A model generated the notes under the pieces. That model was not told the origin of the DNA. It saw only the letters and a program-made list of their open reading frames with translations, and did not search any database. A stretch of DNA of 64,000 nucleotides from assembly GCA_001776775.1 (NCBI GenBank), contig MFDD01000014.1, positions 3,684 through 67,683 of the forward strand, written 5' to 3'. Positions 27,713-37,344 of this stretch are shown here, one piece after another (position 1 is the stretch's first letter; every line of letters begins with the position of its first letter). The translations under genes were made by a program, and so were the position numbers. The stretch comes from Candidatus Daviesbacteria bacterium RIFCSPHIGHO2_02_FULL_43_12. GTDB taxonomy: Bacteria; Patescibacteriota; Microgenomatia; Daviesbacterales; UBA10151.

Positions 27713-29296
27713 ATGACAGCAATTATAAACGAGCGACAGGGTGCAAGACCCAGCACTCCCCAACAAAGAGCTGCAACGGTTTTTCTGAGGGATAGATTCA
27801 ATGCCTTTGATGAGAGATGGCTTGTTGGACACAAAGGGGACCATGCTTCTAACCTGCATGACCTGGGAATCATTGGTCAGAGAGTTCATGTTGCCCATGT
27901 ACATAGTACTCTTGGTGTTGATGCAGATCGGACTTACAAACCGCCAGAAGAAACCTCTGATTCCTATGAGGGACTCCTGACAGGAGCTAATCCCGGATTG
28001 TCCGGAGAGGTAAGCAGAGTAAGAGCTGCACAAATGAGGGTTGTAGTTCTAATGCCTTTTCCCAACTCCGACTTTGAGGGTATGATTGCAAGAGCAAAGG
28101 CAGGAAGATATTTCGTTTCAACAGCGCCGATAGAAAGTTTCGAAACTTTTGAACCAATCGAGAACAAGATATCCTTTGCCAGAATACTTCAGGCAGCTTT
28201 ACAAGGAACTCCTCATACGAGAAATCTAATTCCCTGGACCATACATCAACCTCATTGGGGATTAGATGACGTTAGGCGGAATATGGGAGTAGACCCAGGG
28301 AGTGCAATTTTCTTTCAAAAAGCTATCTCAGGTGGAGGAGATGGGACAGCAAGGGTGAATGATCGATCCAACTTTAATGAACTTTTAAGTAACCCCTCTT
28401 GGATGCAGGCAGCTCGACGAGGGAAACTAAAGGCCTCAATGGCAGTAGAAGGTGCTTATCCAGCAAATGGAACCGGATGTATCGTACCTACCCCGGATGG
28501 CGGTTGCAAAGTTTTGGTTGATCCATTATCTCATAAGCCTGTTGGGTTAGAGAGTGTTGGAGCAAAACCAGGTAGCGGAGCCGGTAATGACTGGGGTACG
28601 CCTTTCCCTAGAGCTGTTACCGATCAATATATTGCAATGGTTTCTCGTCTAGGAAAGTATTTTTATACTACTTTTGGCTACACTGGTATTTTTGGTCCAG
28701 ATGGATTAGTTGGAGCAGATTCAACCTATCGTATGACGGAAAGTAACTCCAGATGGCAAGGTACTACTCCATATCAAACTCAAAATGCTTTGATGAATGG
28801 ACGTTTGCCGATCGAGCTGATACATTACATGGTTAAACTTTCAGTAAATGACTCTCACTTACTTGGACAAGTCAATGATATCGTTGGAGATGCAGACTCT
28901 TATAATCAAAGAGCCTTCACAGAAAGAGGAGGGTTTTATATTAAAGTTGGAGGGCCTAAAACCAAGAAGGAAGTTAGGGAGGACTTAAATGGACCATGGC
29001 GGTGGGATGGAGATCGGTTACATAGACTAAAAAGAGATGGATATTTAACACCTATGCGAATTTATACGAGAGATTACGCAGGAGCTCAAGACCTAACTAA
29101 AGATGATAAAACCGTCTGGATTAAGGCACCTAAGGTAGGCGAGGTTGTAGGAGGAGGATTAGTGGCTGTCGGATACATAACAGGTAGCGATATAAATGTC
29201 TTTGATGCAAATAAGCCAGAGGTTACTTCGGACGGGCATAAGTTATATACTCAAATGAACCAGTTGATGTATAGCCAACGGAGTTCATGGAAATAA
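27713..29296 (+). CDS. ATP-grasp fold enzyme (putative amide/peptide ligase)
   Basis: ENK, SGGGDGT loop, GNDW, GYTGIFGPD, ESNSRWQG (ExNxR). Confidence 0.7.
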   Translation: MTAIINERQGARPSTPQQRAATVFLRDRFNAFDERWLVGHKGDHASNLHDLGIIGQRVHVAHVHSTLGVDADRTYKPPEETSDSYEGLLTGANPGLSGEVSRVRAAQMRVVVLMPFPNSDFEGMIARAKAGRYFVSTAPIESFETFEPIENKISFARILQAALQGTPHTRNLIPWTIHQPHWGLDDVRRNMGVDPGSAIFFQKAISGGGDGTARVNDRSNFNELLSNPSWMQAARRGKLKASMAVEGAYPANGTGCIVPTPDGGCKVLVDPLSHKPVGLESVGAKPGSGAGNDWGTPFPRAVTDQYIAMVSRLGKYFYTTFGYTGIFGPDGLVGADSTYRMTESNSRWQGTTPYQTQNALMNGRLPIELIHYMVKLSVNDSHLLGQVNDIVGDADSYNQRAFTERGGFYIKVGGPKTKKEVREDLNGPWRWDGDRLHRLKRDGYLTPMRIYTRDYAGAQDLTKDDKTVWIKAPKVGEVVGGGLVAVGYITGSDINVFDANKPEVTSDGHKLYTQMNQLMYSQRSSWK

Positions 29297-30237
29297 CAGA
29301 GATAAAAACCAACATTGGAAATACAGCCTCAGGGACACCTCTGCTAATCAACGGCTACCATCTTAAGGGTTCTCATCCCGGGAAAAAGATATATATACAA
29401 GGAGGTATTCATGGAGGTGAAGTTACTATTTGGATTTTTCAAGAATTATTTAAATACTTTTCTGAACATGAGATCCAGGGTGAGGTTTTTTTAATCCCCG
29501 TAGCTAACCCTGTTGCTTGGAATCAGCGTATTTACTTTAGTACTTTAGGTAAATTTGATTTCTATATGGGTAAAGACTGGAATCGAAACTTTCCAGGAAA
29601 TGAAGATGGCACTCTTGGAGAAAGGATTGCTAAAAAACTTTTTGATATTGCTTCAAGAGCAGATTTTATTATCGATCTTCATACATCGAGAGATAGTTTC
29701 CCATTTGCAATATTATCTTCTAAAAATGATCTCGCATACGCGCAGAAGATTGGACTTGAATATAACCTTCTATTAGATCTCGACGATCCTAAGTTTAGTA
29801 GCTATAGAAGTACACTAACAGGTCAGGGAAGCTTATCAAATGCTCCTAGTATTGCCATAGAGTGCGGGAGGCATGACTCCTATAATGAAGAATACTGCAA
29901 AGAAGTTACCAACGGTTTACTTCGCTTAATGAGCCACCTCGGCATTATCAATGACAAAAAGATTCCTCCTACAACTAAAAAGGTAAAATATTATTCAAGG
30001 TTAAAAACCTATAGATCCCCCAATGGTGGGTTCATAAAATTCAATAAGCATGCGGGAGATGAATACAAGAAAGGGGAAATTTTATTTGAGCTTATTAACC
30101 CGTCTGATCTAGGTTCTGCAACTGTAGTGTTCGCCGAAGAAGATGGAATTCTGCAAAAGAAGTCCCCAACTTTTATCTATATGCCAGGTGATGACGTCCT
30201 TGAAGTATTACCGCTTACTAATATAAAGTTCATATAA
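29287..30237 (+). CDS. Succinylglutamate desuccinylase/aspartoacylase (M14-like) metallo-amidase
   Basis: GGIHGGE, NR.FPG, IDLHT, IECG; C-terminal biotinyl-like domain. Confidence 0.88.
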   Translation: MEITEIKTNIGNTASGTPLLINGYHLKGSHPGKKIYIQGGIHGGEVTIWIFQELFKYFSEHEIQGEVFLIPVANPVAWNQRIYFSTLGKFDFYMGKDWNRNFPGNEDGTLGERIAKKLFDIASRADFIIDLHTSRDSFPFAILSSKNDLAYAQKIGLEYNLLLDLDDPKFSSYRSTLTGQGSLSNAPSIAIECGRHDSYNEEYCKEVTNGLLRLMSHLGIINDKKIPPTTKKVKYYSRLKTYRSPNGGFIKFNKHAGDEYKKGEILFELINPSDLGSATVVFAEEDGILQKKSPTFIYMPGDDVLEVLPLTNIKFI

Positions 30238-30282
30238 CGACCGCATCTTAACAAACTTATCTGATTTTGAAACAATTGAGTG

Positions 30283-31878
30283 TTAGATAGTAGCCTTTAT
30301 ATCTTTCAACTTTAACTGCAGAGACTCTCGACCATTAAAAGAATTAATCTCCATATAATAGGCTACATCAACAACTTGGCCTTCTTGAAGATCTTTAATC
30401 TGTTCTCCCATTCCAAAACCGATCGCATCTATGCCATCTAATTTTAATTTCAAGTGTTTACCCTCTCCGACAGTGCGAATATCCGAGGCTTGAAGATTCA
30501 TTGTCGCCAAGACGGGTCGATTATTGCCATTGCCAAATGGTTCAAAGGCTTGAAGCATGAAAACTGTTTCTTTGGTCAGCTCTTTTTTATCGACTTTGGC
30601 TTCGATAGTTAGAGATGGCCCCAAATCGGCGATCTGCAAGGTCAGGAAATGGTCTTGTAGGCTTTTTTTAAATTTCGCAATTTTTTCTGTTTCAATTGTA
30701 AACCCAGCTGCTCCGGCATGACCTCCAAAAGCGATCAACAGACTAGAAAACTGTCTTATACTCTCGGTAATATTGATTCCATCAATCGAGCGAGCAGATC
30801 CTTTAGAAAATTCTTCACCCATGGAGATTGCAATTGTGGGTTTTCGGGAATCTTCACAGACTTTAGCGGCAACTAAACCAATAATTCCCGGCTGCCAAGA
30901 TTTACTCGATAAGACATGAATTTTATCGGCCATGGTTATCTGCAACCTAGCCTCTTCATAAGCTGTCGCAGTTAGCCTTTGTCGAAGAGAATTAATATCA
31001 CACAGCAAATGAGCCAGCTGAGTGGCTTTTAGCAAGCTTGTGGTACATAGTAAACGCAAAGCGTCAATGGCATGCTCCAACCGACCAATGGCATTCAACC
31101 GAGGAGCCAGTACAAAACCTATCTCAAAGGCTCCCAGGGTTCCCCGAGTTAGTCCTGATTCCTGAATCAGAGCCCGAAGCCCAACATTGGTAGTCGTATT
31201 TAGTTCATCGAGCCCTTCCACAACTAGCGCTCTACCTAAACCGGTTAGCGGAATCATATCCGCAATTGTGCCCAAGGCTACAAACTGCAACAATTGATGA
31301 GATAGCTTATCATCAATCAAATCTTTGACCAGCGACCAGGCAACTGCTGCTCCACACATAGCGATAGAGTGGACTATGGCAACTGCTTCTGGGCGATCCT
31401 TATCCAGCGGAGTGTGATGGTCTGTAATAATCAGGTCAAGTCCAAGCTCCTTGGCGTATAAGGCTTGTTCCAAGGCGACGATACCATGATCGACGGTGAT
31501 TATTAACTGTCCACCCTGCCTTTTTATTTCATCTAAACCAATTTTAGATAATCCATATCCTTCTTTTTCCCGGTGAGGAATATAAGGCAAGATCAAGGCC
31601 CCCAAAGATTTTAGCCCGTGATAAACTACTGCCGAAGCAGTTACCCCGTCAACATCATAGTCTCCATAAACAAAAATTGTCTCTTTTTTTTCTAAAGCTT
31701 GGACAATTCTTTTTTTAGCTTGGGATTGCCCGGGTATTTTCAGAAGATTTTCGTAGTCTGAGATTTTGGGGTGAAAAAATCGTTGCTTATCTGCAGAGGT
31801 TTTGATCCCTCGGCTAAAAAGCAGCTGACTTTTAAGAATCTTAGAGTGTTCGGGCAGAAAATTCCAAAGCTTTGGCAT
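30283..31878 (-). CDS. recJ: ssDNA-specific exonuclease RecJ
   Basis: GDYDVDG, TDHH, GTIAD, GSARS, GGHAGAAG. Confidence 0.95.
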   Translation of the reverse strand: MPKLWNFLPEHSKILKSQLLFSRGIKTSADKQRFFHPKISDYENLLKIPGQSQAKKRIVQALEKKETIFVYGDYDVDGVTASAVVYHGLKSLGALILPYIPHREKEGYGLSKIGLDEIKRQGGQLIITVDHGIVALEQALYAKELGLDLIITDHHTPLDKDRPEAVAIVHSIAMCGAAVAWSLVKDLIDDKLSHQLLQFVALGTIADMIPLTGLGRALVVEGLDELNTTTNVGLRALIQESGLTRGTLGAFEIGFVLAPRLNAIGRLEHAIDALRLLCTTSLLKATQLAHLLCDINSLRQRLTATAYEEARLQITMADKIHVLSSKSWQPGIIGLVAAKVCEDSRKPTIAISMGEEFSKGSARSIDGINITESIRQFSSLLIAFGGHAGAAGFTIETEKIAKFKKSLQDHFLTLQIADLGPSLTIEAKVDKKELTKETVFMLQAFEPFGNGNNRPVLATMNLQASDIRTVGEGKHLKLKLDGIDAIGFGMGEQIKDLQEGQVVDVAYYMEINSFNGRESLQLKLKDIKATI

Positions 31879-31925
31879 GCGTGTCCAAAATTGTAACACA
31901 ACCCCTAATGTGAGAAAATCACTAT

Positions 31926-33290
31926 ATGGAAATTTCTATCCCCAGCGAGCTTAAACCGCTGATAGGCAAATTTAAAGATTGCTCTTTCCAACTCTTTCTA
32001 GTAGGAGGAGCAGTTCGTGATCTGATTTTAGAAACAGTAGTCAAAGACTACGATTTTACAACTGACGCTAAACCCGAAGAAATCCTCAAGCTTTTTCCGG
32101 ATGGATTTTATAATAATACCTTTGGAACCGTCGGGGTAAATACTCCACTGGGAGTAGTGGAGATCACCACTATGCGTAAGGAATCCGGTTACGGTGACTC
32201 CCGACATCCCCAGGAGGTTGTCTGGACCAACAAAATCGAAGAGGATCTAAAGCGCCGAGATTTTACGATTAATGCCATGGCATTAAGTAGTGAGTCGTGG
32301 GTAGTGAGTTGTGGGTCGAAGGAAAAACTACAGTTGGTTGATCCTTTTGGAGGGCAGGGAGATTTGAAACAAAAACTTATTCGGGCAGTGGGAGATCCAA
32401 GTATCCGTTTTCAGGAAGATGCTCTGCGTTTAATGAGGGCAGTTCGTTTTGCAACCCAGCTTGGGTTTGCTATCGAAGAGCAGACTGCTATGGCTATTCA
32501 AAAACATAGCCAGAAACTAAGAAACATTTCCTGGGAAAGAATCCGAGATGAGTTACTAAAAATTCTCTCCAATGATAACCCTTACGAAGGAATGGTGATG
32601 TTAAGAAGTAGTACGCTATTGCAAATTATTTTACCGGAGGTTGAGGCCTGTTTTGGAATTATCCAGGAAGGACCCAAACACGACCGAGTTTATGATATCG
32701 GAGAACACTCTTTTCTCTCGCTAAAGTTTTGCAGTTCAACCGATCCCTTTGTGCGTTTTGCTTGTCTGATACATGACACGGGTAAAGTACCGACTCATAA
32801 AATCGACGCCGAGGGGAATGTTACCTTTTATGGACATGACGTGGTGGGTGGAAAAGTCGCTGAGGTGATCTGCCAAAGATTAAAGTTTTCTAAAAAACAA
32901 ACTGAGCTAGTAGTCCGATTAGTGAAATATCATCTATTTACTGTTGATGAACATCAAACAGATTCTGCCTTAAGACGATTTATTCGAAATGTTGGCGAAG
33001 ATAATTTAGAGAATATGTTTATCTTAAGAGAAGCCGATAGGTTAGGTGGATCCTCCAATCCTACTTCTTGGCGAACAGAAAGTTTTAAGAAGAGAACTAA
33101 GGAACTTTTAATCAAGCCGTTTTCCATAACCGATTTAAAAGTAACCGGCAAAGATGTGATGGAGGTCTTAAATATTCCTCCAAGTCGCAAAGTAGGAGAG
33201 ATATTAGATAAGCTTTTTGCCGAGGTTGAAGAAGATAAAACTAAAAATGATCGAGACTATTTATTGGATAGAATAAAGCAGATAGCTTAA
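31926..33290 (+). CDS. cca: CCA tRNA nucleotidyltransferase with HD domain
   Basis: GGAVRD, DYD, RRDFTINA, EDALR, IHDTGK. Confidence 0.92.
   Translation: MEISIPSELKPLIGKFKDCSFQLFLVGGAVRDLILETVVKDYDFTTDAKPEEILKLFPDGFYNNTFGTVGVNTPLGVVEITTMRKESGYGDSRHPQEVVWTNKIEEDLKRRDFTINAMALSSESWVVSCGSKEKLQLVDPFGGQGDLKQKLIRAVGDPSIRFQEDALRLMRAVRFATQLGFAIEEQTAMAIQKHSQKLRNISWERIRDELLKILSNDNPYEGMVMLRSSTLLQIILPEVEACFGIIQEGPKHDRVYDIGEHSFLSLKFCSSTDPFVRFACLIHDTGKVPTHKIDAEGNVTFYGHDVVGGKVAEVICQRLKFSKKQTELVVRLVKYHLFTVDEHQTDSALRRFIRNVGEDNLENMFILREADRLGGSSNPTSWRTESFKKRTKELLIKPFSITDLKVTGKDVMEVLNIPPSRKVGEILDKLFAEVEEDKTKNDRDYLLDRIKQIA
32286..32318. repeat. Heptamer array RGTNGTG inside cca
   Basis: agtagtg agtcgtg ggtagtg agttgtg ggtcg, encoding SSESWVVSCGS. 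Confidence 0.75.
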
Positions 33291-33297
33291 TAATAAA

Positions 33298-34161
33298 TTA
33301 GTGGCCTAGCTTTTCTTCCCACCAGCAGAGCAGAGCTGTCGCGTTAAAGATAGATGAATAGGTTCCGGAAATAATACCTATTAGTAAGGCGACTACAAAC
33401 CAACGAATACTCTCTCCTCCAAAAAGCACCAAGGCTAGCAGCACAATAACTACTGTCAGCGATGTATTCAAAGACCGAGCTAATGTTTGTACTATTGAAA
33501 TATCTGCTATATCCGAAAACTTTACATTCAAATGTTTGGGCATATTTTCCCGAATACGATCAAAAACCACAATGGTATCATGAACCGAAAACCCAATTAC
33601 CGTTAAGAGGGCTGTCACAAATAATGTGTCTATCTCGACATGTAGAAACTTTCCAAAAATCGCAAAAACCCCTACCAGCACCAGTACATCGTGTATCAAA
33701 GCTACTACTGCTGCAATTCCAAAACGAAAAGAACTGGCCGGTTTGGGAACTTTCCGGAAAGAATATGTAATATATAAAATAATCATCAGACAAGCAACCA
33801 TTGTCCCAACCACAGCTTTTTGCTTGAGTTCGGCTCCGATAATAGGTCCGACATTTTCTTCTCTACTCGCTTCGAACTTACCATATTTATCCGACAGCTC
33901 CTTTTTTAAAGTATTCAGTTGGTTATGATCCTGAGGTTTTGTGCGAATAATAAAAGCGTTGTCCCCAGTTTTCGTAACTGTTCCATATTGTTGTAGTTCC
34001 TCTTTGGTTATAGTCTTTTCAAACTTATACTCAAGCAAAGACCCTCCTGTAAAATCAATCCCAAATTTTAGCCCTCCAGTCAGGAGGAAAAAAAGTCCCG
34101 GTAAAATTACCAGACTAGAGAGTATAAAAAATAATAATTTTCGACGCATTAAATGCAACAT
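33298..34161 (-). CDS. secF: Protein translocase subunit SecF
   Basis: GIDFTGG, HD, DTIVVFDRIREN, GTYSS. Confidence 0.95.
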   Translation of the reverse strand: MLHLMRRKLLFFILSSLVILPGLFFLLTGGLKFGIDFTGGSLLEYKFEKTITKEELQQYGTVTKTGDNAFIIRTKPQDHNQLNTLKKELSDKYGKFEASREENVGPIIGAELKQKAVVGTMVACLMIILYITYSFRKVPKPASSFRFGIAAVVALIHDVLVLVGVFAIFGKFLHVEIDTLFVTALLTVIGFSVHDTIVVFDRIRENMPKHLNVKFSDIADISIVQTLARSLNTSLTVVIVLLALVLFGGESIRWFVVALLIGIISGTYSSIFNATALLCWWEEKLGH

Positions 34162-34165
34162 AAAC

Positions 34166-34498
34166 TCAGACCTTTTTTAAGCCTTTCGCTTCCTTGATAT
34201 CTTTATGCAGTTCTTTGGTAAGCTGTGCTGCTGCGCTTTTAATTTTATCTTCGATATTATCAACTTTTTTATTTAAAAACTCCCAAAACTTTTTGCTGTC
34301 ATTTTCGGCATGTAGCTTGACAAAGATCGTCTTATCTTCTTCGTTTAGTTCCCTTAAAATGGCATCCAAGATCGTATGATGGAAAGTTGAATCTAACAAG
34401 TTGGCAAGATGAAGTTTTTCCTTGTCGGACAGATCCATTTGATCAAGTTCGATGATCAAAGACTGAACAGTTACAATATGGGAATAAAACTTAATCAT
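34166..34498 (-). CDS. Conserved hypothetical helical protein
   Basis: 110-aa ORF coupled within the secD-secF operon. Confidence 0.65.
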   Translation of the reverse strand: MIKFYSHIVTVQSLIIELDQMDLSDKEKLHLANLLDSTFHHTILDAILRELNEEDKTIFVKLHAENDSKKFWEFLNKKVDNIEDKIKSAAAQLTKELHKDIKEAKGLKKV

Positions 34499-35379
34499 AT
34501 CTTTTGAGCTAGCTCCTCGTTGATGTGCACAGGACCTAAGGGAATATCTTTGCTTGAATCATCTAAAAAGTAGTACAGCACTGCCCCTTTTCGTGGTCCG
34601 GTAGCCAACCCTAATTCCTGCATCACTTCTGGAGACCCACCTAAGTGTTTACCCGTATATTCCGAAGGACCGGCATCTGCGATATCGGCAACAACCGCTT
34701 GCCCCGTCTTAGGATTAACTACTAACATCTTACGATATTTATAAAAATCCCGATACTCGGCTACTCTTTCCGAAAATCCTGGTGATAAAAAGGTTTGGAC
34801 CGCGATATAATAACGCTCCCTCTGTTCGACCTCTGGGGTAAAAGCCCCTTTACTACTTGCAAAATATCCCCAGGCACCCAGTCCTGGGGCAATCCCCGCT
34901 CCTCCATACATCGCCCAGTCTGAGGCGTCTTTGGCGTGTTCGAAAACCGCATCCCCAGGATAGCGATAGAGATGCTGCTCACCTCCGATTAGTCCGAAAG
35001 TCCGGTTAAGTCGTTTATTATCTATTTCAGATTTAACCTTAATCCCTAAATCTTTCGCAATGAGCTGAATGATCTTGGTATCTTCTGCTTCCGTCAGCTT
35101 GCGTGTATCAGTTGGCATTTTATCTACCAGCTCTGCGGCAAGCAGGGCATTTTTAGACATAGCCATTTCGATATTTGTTTGGTTGCCAGCATTGGTAATT
35201 TGTATGGGTTGATGATGATTTAATCCTGGTGTCCCAAAGAGCACTAACCCTCCTAACCCCCCCAGCGCCACATGTCGCAAGTGTTTGTCCAAGACTCCCT
35301 CGACTACGCCGTTACGGCGCGCTGTCCACTTCTTGTGTAAAAATTCGAAGTGAGGCTTTTTCTTTTTGAATTGTTTCAT
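34495..35379 (-). CDS. Membrane-anchored hypothetical protein, possible RlpA/double-psi-barrel-like C-terminus
   Basis: Short TM segment; VVNPKTGQAVVADIADAGP. Confidence 0.55.
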   Translation of the reverse strand: MKQFKKKKPHFEFLHKKWTARRNGVVEGVLDKHLRHVALGGLGGLVLFGTPGLNHHQPIQITNAGNQTNIEMAMSKNALLAAELVDKMPTDTRKLTEAEDTKIIQLIAKDLGIKVKSEIDNKRLNRTFGLIGGEQHLYRYPGDAVFEHAKDASDWAMYGGAGIAPGLGAWGYFASSKGAFTPEVEQRERYYIAVQTFLSPGFSERVAEYRDFYKYRKMLVVNPKTGQAVVADIADAGPSEYTGKHLGGSPEVMQELGLATGPRKGAVLYYFLDDSSKDIPLGPVHINEELAQKI

Positions 35380-35381
35380 AG

Positions 35382-36695
35382 CTACTTTCTAATCATCAAT
35401 CTAAGCAGTGTTCTAGTAATAGTGATCGCCGTAAACATGGAAACTAATACTCCGATTGCCAGTGTCAGAGCAAAGCCACGGATTAGACCAGTTCCAAAAA
35501 AATAGAGTATGGCGGCAGTCATTAGTGATGAGATATTTGAATCCCGAATCGAAGACCAGGCTCTTTTAAACCCCAGCTCCAAGGATGTTCGTGGGCTATT
35601 ACCAGCTCTTCTTTCTTCCTTCATCCGTTCAAAGATCAAAATATTTGCATCCACCGCCATACCGATCGATAAAATAAATCCGGCAATTCCCGCCAGGGTC
35701 AAAGTAATTGGAGGCAGCAAAAAGAGACCGGTTTTAAAAATCGCCAAAACAAAAAGTGAGTAGATAATCAGTGCCGCATCAGCGATTAGTCCATAGAAAC
35801 CATAATAAGCGGCCATATAAATTATCACTAGCGACAGGCCAATAATTCCAGCAAAGATACTCCGATTAATGGACTCGTTCCCCAAACTAGCTCCGATCAA
35901 ACGCTGTTCAATCACAGAAACTGGTACAGGTAGGGCTCCGGCATTTAGTTGAATACTTAAAGATTTCGCTTCTTCTACAGTATAATTACCCGTGATAACC
36001 GCACTACCTCCCAGAATCTCAGTTTGCACTACCGGAGCCTGAATCGGCTGGTCATCTAAAAAGATGGGCAGTGGCTTACCAATATTTCGTTTGGTCAGAT
36101 CAGCAAACTTTTTTGCTCCGTCTGCAGTAAACTCCAGACTTACTTGTGGACCAGACTGATTACCTTTAGCCCCGCTGAAGGTAACTTCAGCTTTTTTAAG
36201 GTCTGCCCCAGTTAACCCGGTAGGTTGTGCAAAAAAGATAGCTGGTAGCCCAGATGCACTTGCTTCTGCGGAAAGAGTAGCTGGCATCTCCCTAAATTCC
36301 AACTGGGCAGTTTTTCCGACAAGTTCACCAGCTTTTGAAGCATCACTTACTCCCGGCAGCTCGACTAGAATTCGTCTCTGTTCGCCTAATTTTGAACTTT
36401 GGACCACTGACTCGGACACTCCATAAAGATTAACTCGTTTTTCAATTACTTGCCTGGCTGCCTCTAAGGCGCTGTCTTTTTGGGAATTATCAATTTTGGA
36501 TACATCGGCGAGCAGCACTAACTCCGTCCCACCTTGTAAATCTAAGCCTAGTTTTAAGGGAAATTTGTTAAAAAGTTCGGAAAGTTTAATCTTGGTCAGT
36601 GGGACTGTCTGCTCCAGTGGTAATTTTGGCAGATCAATCCACAAGGAAACCATGATCGCCAGAATAATGACCCATAAAAATTTTCTTGATTTCAT
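35382..36695 (-). CDS. secD: Protein translocase subunit SecD
   Basis: LGLDLQGG, AGALP, GMAVDANILIFER. Confidence 0.95.
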   Translation of the reverse strand: MKSRKFLWVIILAIMVSLWIDLPKLPLEQTVPLTKIKLSELFNKFPLKLGLDLQGGTELVLLADVSKIDNSQKDSALEAARQVIEKRVNLYGVSESVVQSSKLGEQRRILVELPGVSDASKAGELVGKTAQLEFREMPATLSAEASASGLPAIFFAQPTGLTGADLKKAEVTFSGAKGNQSGPQVSLEFTADGAKKFADLTKRNIGKPLPIFLDDQPIQAPVVQTEILGGSAVITGNYTVEEAKSLSIQLNAGALPVPVSVIEQRLIGASLGNESINRSIFAGIIGLSLVIIYMAAYYGFYGLIADAALIIYSLFVLAIFKTGLFLLPPITLTLAGIAGFILSIGMAVDANILIFERMKEERRAGNSPRTSLELGFKRAWSSIRDSNISSLMTAAILYFFGTGLIRGFALTLAIGVLVSMFTAITITRTLLRLMIRK

Positions 36696-36705
36696 GACAG
36701 AGGTG

Positions 36706-37284
36706 CTAGAACTGGGACATTAAATCTGCTTCATCTCCGATTAACATAATCTTTGGCTGAGTTAGAACCCCGAGTATAAAAGGATCTCTTCTGCGGATCC
36801 GAAAATTGAACTCAGCTTCATCCATGAAGGAGTAGTTAATCTCATGCTCTCTCTTGGTTTGTTCATCTGAAACTAGCGCTTGTAATTCGGGTAGAACAAT
36901 CTGTCCGATTATCAAAAGATCAACGTCCTCGGGTCCGGAAAGTTCATGTCTGGCAAAACGCAAAGCCATCATCGCATACTTAATCCGTCCGATTTTGGCT
37001 TTATTTCTAACAATCGCCCCACCCAGGTGAGTTGATTTCACTACTAACCCCAAAAGTTCATGATAGTATTTATAATCCCTGCGAAAACGGTAGAGCCTTC
37101 GGTTGGCTCTCCATTCAGAAGTCACCATATTGAATTTTTCCATCCGGGCCAGTTCACGCCGGACAGCGTTAATCTCTTCATCAACTCGGCGGACAATTTC
37201 CCGAACATGGAACATCGACTCTTCTGAGGATAAAAAGAGCTGCAATATTTTAACCCGAACTTTTGAAACAAAGAGTTCTTCCAA
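36706..37284 (-). CDS. Winged-helix plus nucleotidyltransferase-like protein (putative regulator)
   Basis: HVREIVR...INAVRREL HTH; DVDLLIIG. Confidence 0.7.
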   Translation of the reverse strand: MEELFVSKVRVKILQLFLSSEESMFHVREIVRRVDEEINAVRRELARMEKFNMVTSEWRANRRLYRFRRDYKYYHELLGLVVKSTHLGGAIVRNKAKIGRIKYAMMALRFARHELSGPEDVDLLIIGQIVLPELQALVSDEQTKREHEINYSFMDEAEFNFRIRRRDPFILGVLTQPKIMLIGDEADLMSQF

Positions 37285-37344
37285 TGTACTGTAAATGTAC
37301 TCTAAACAGACAATTTGGTCAATGGGGGTAGTAGACTAAATTAA

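Noticed and set aside
27647-28033. 128-aa minus-strand ORF
   Set aside because: Antisense to the ATP-grasp gene and attenuator; no motif
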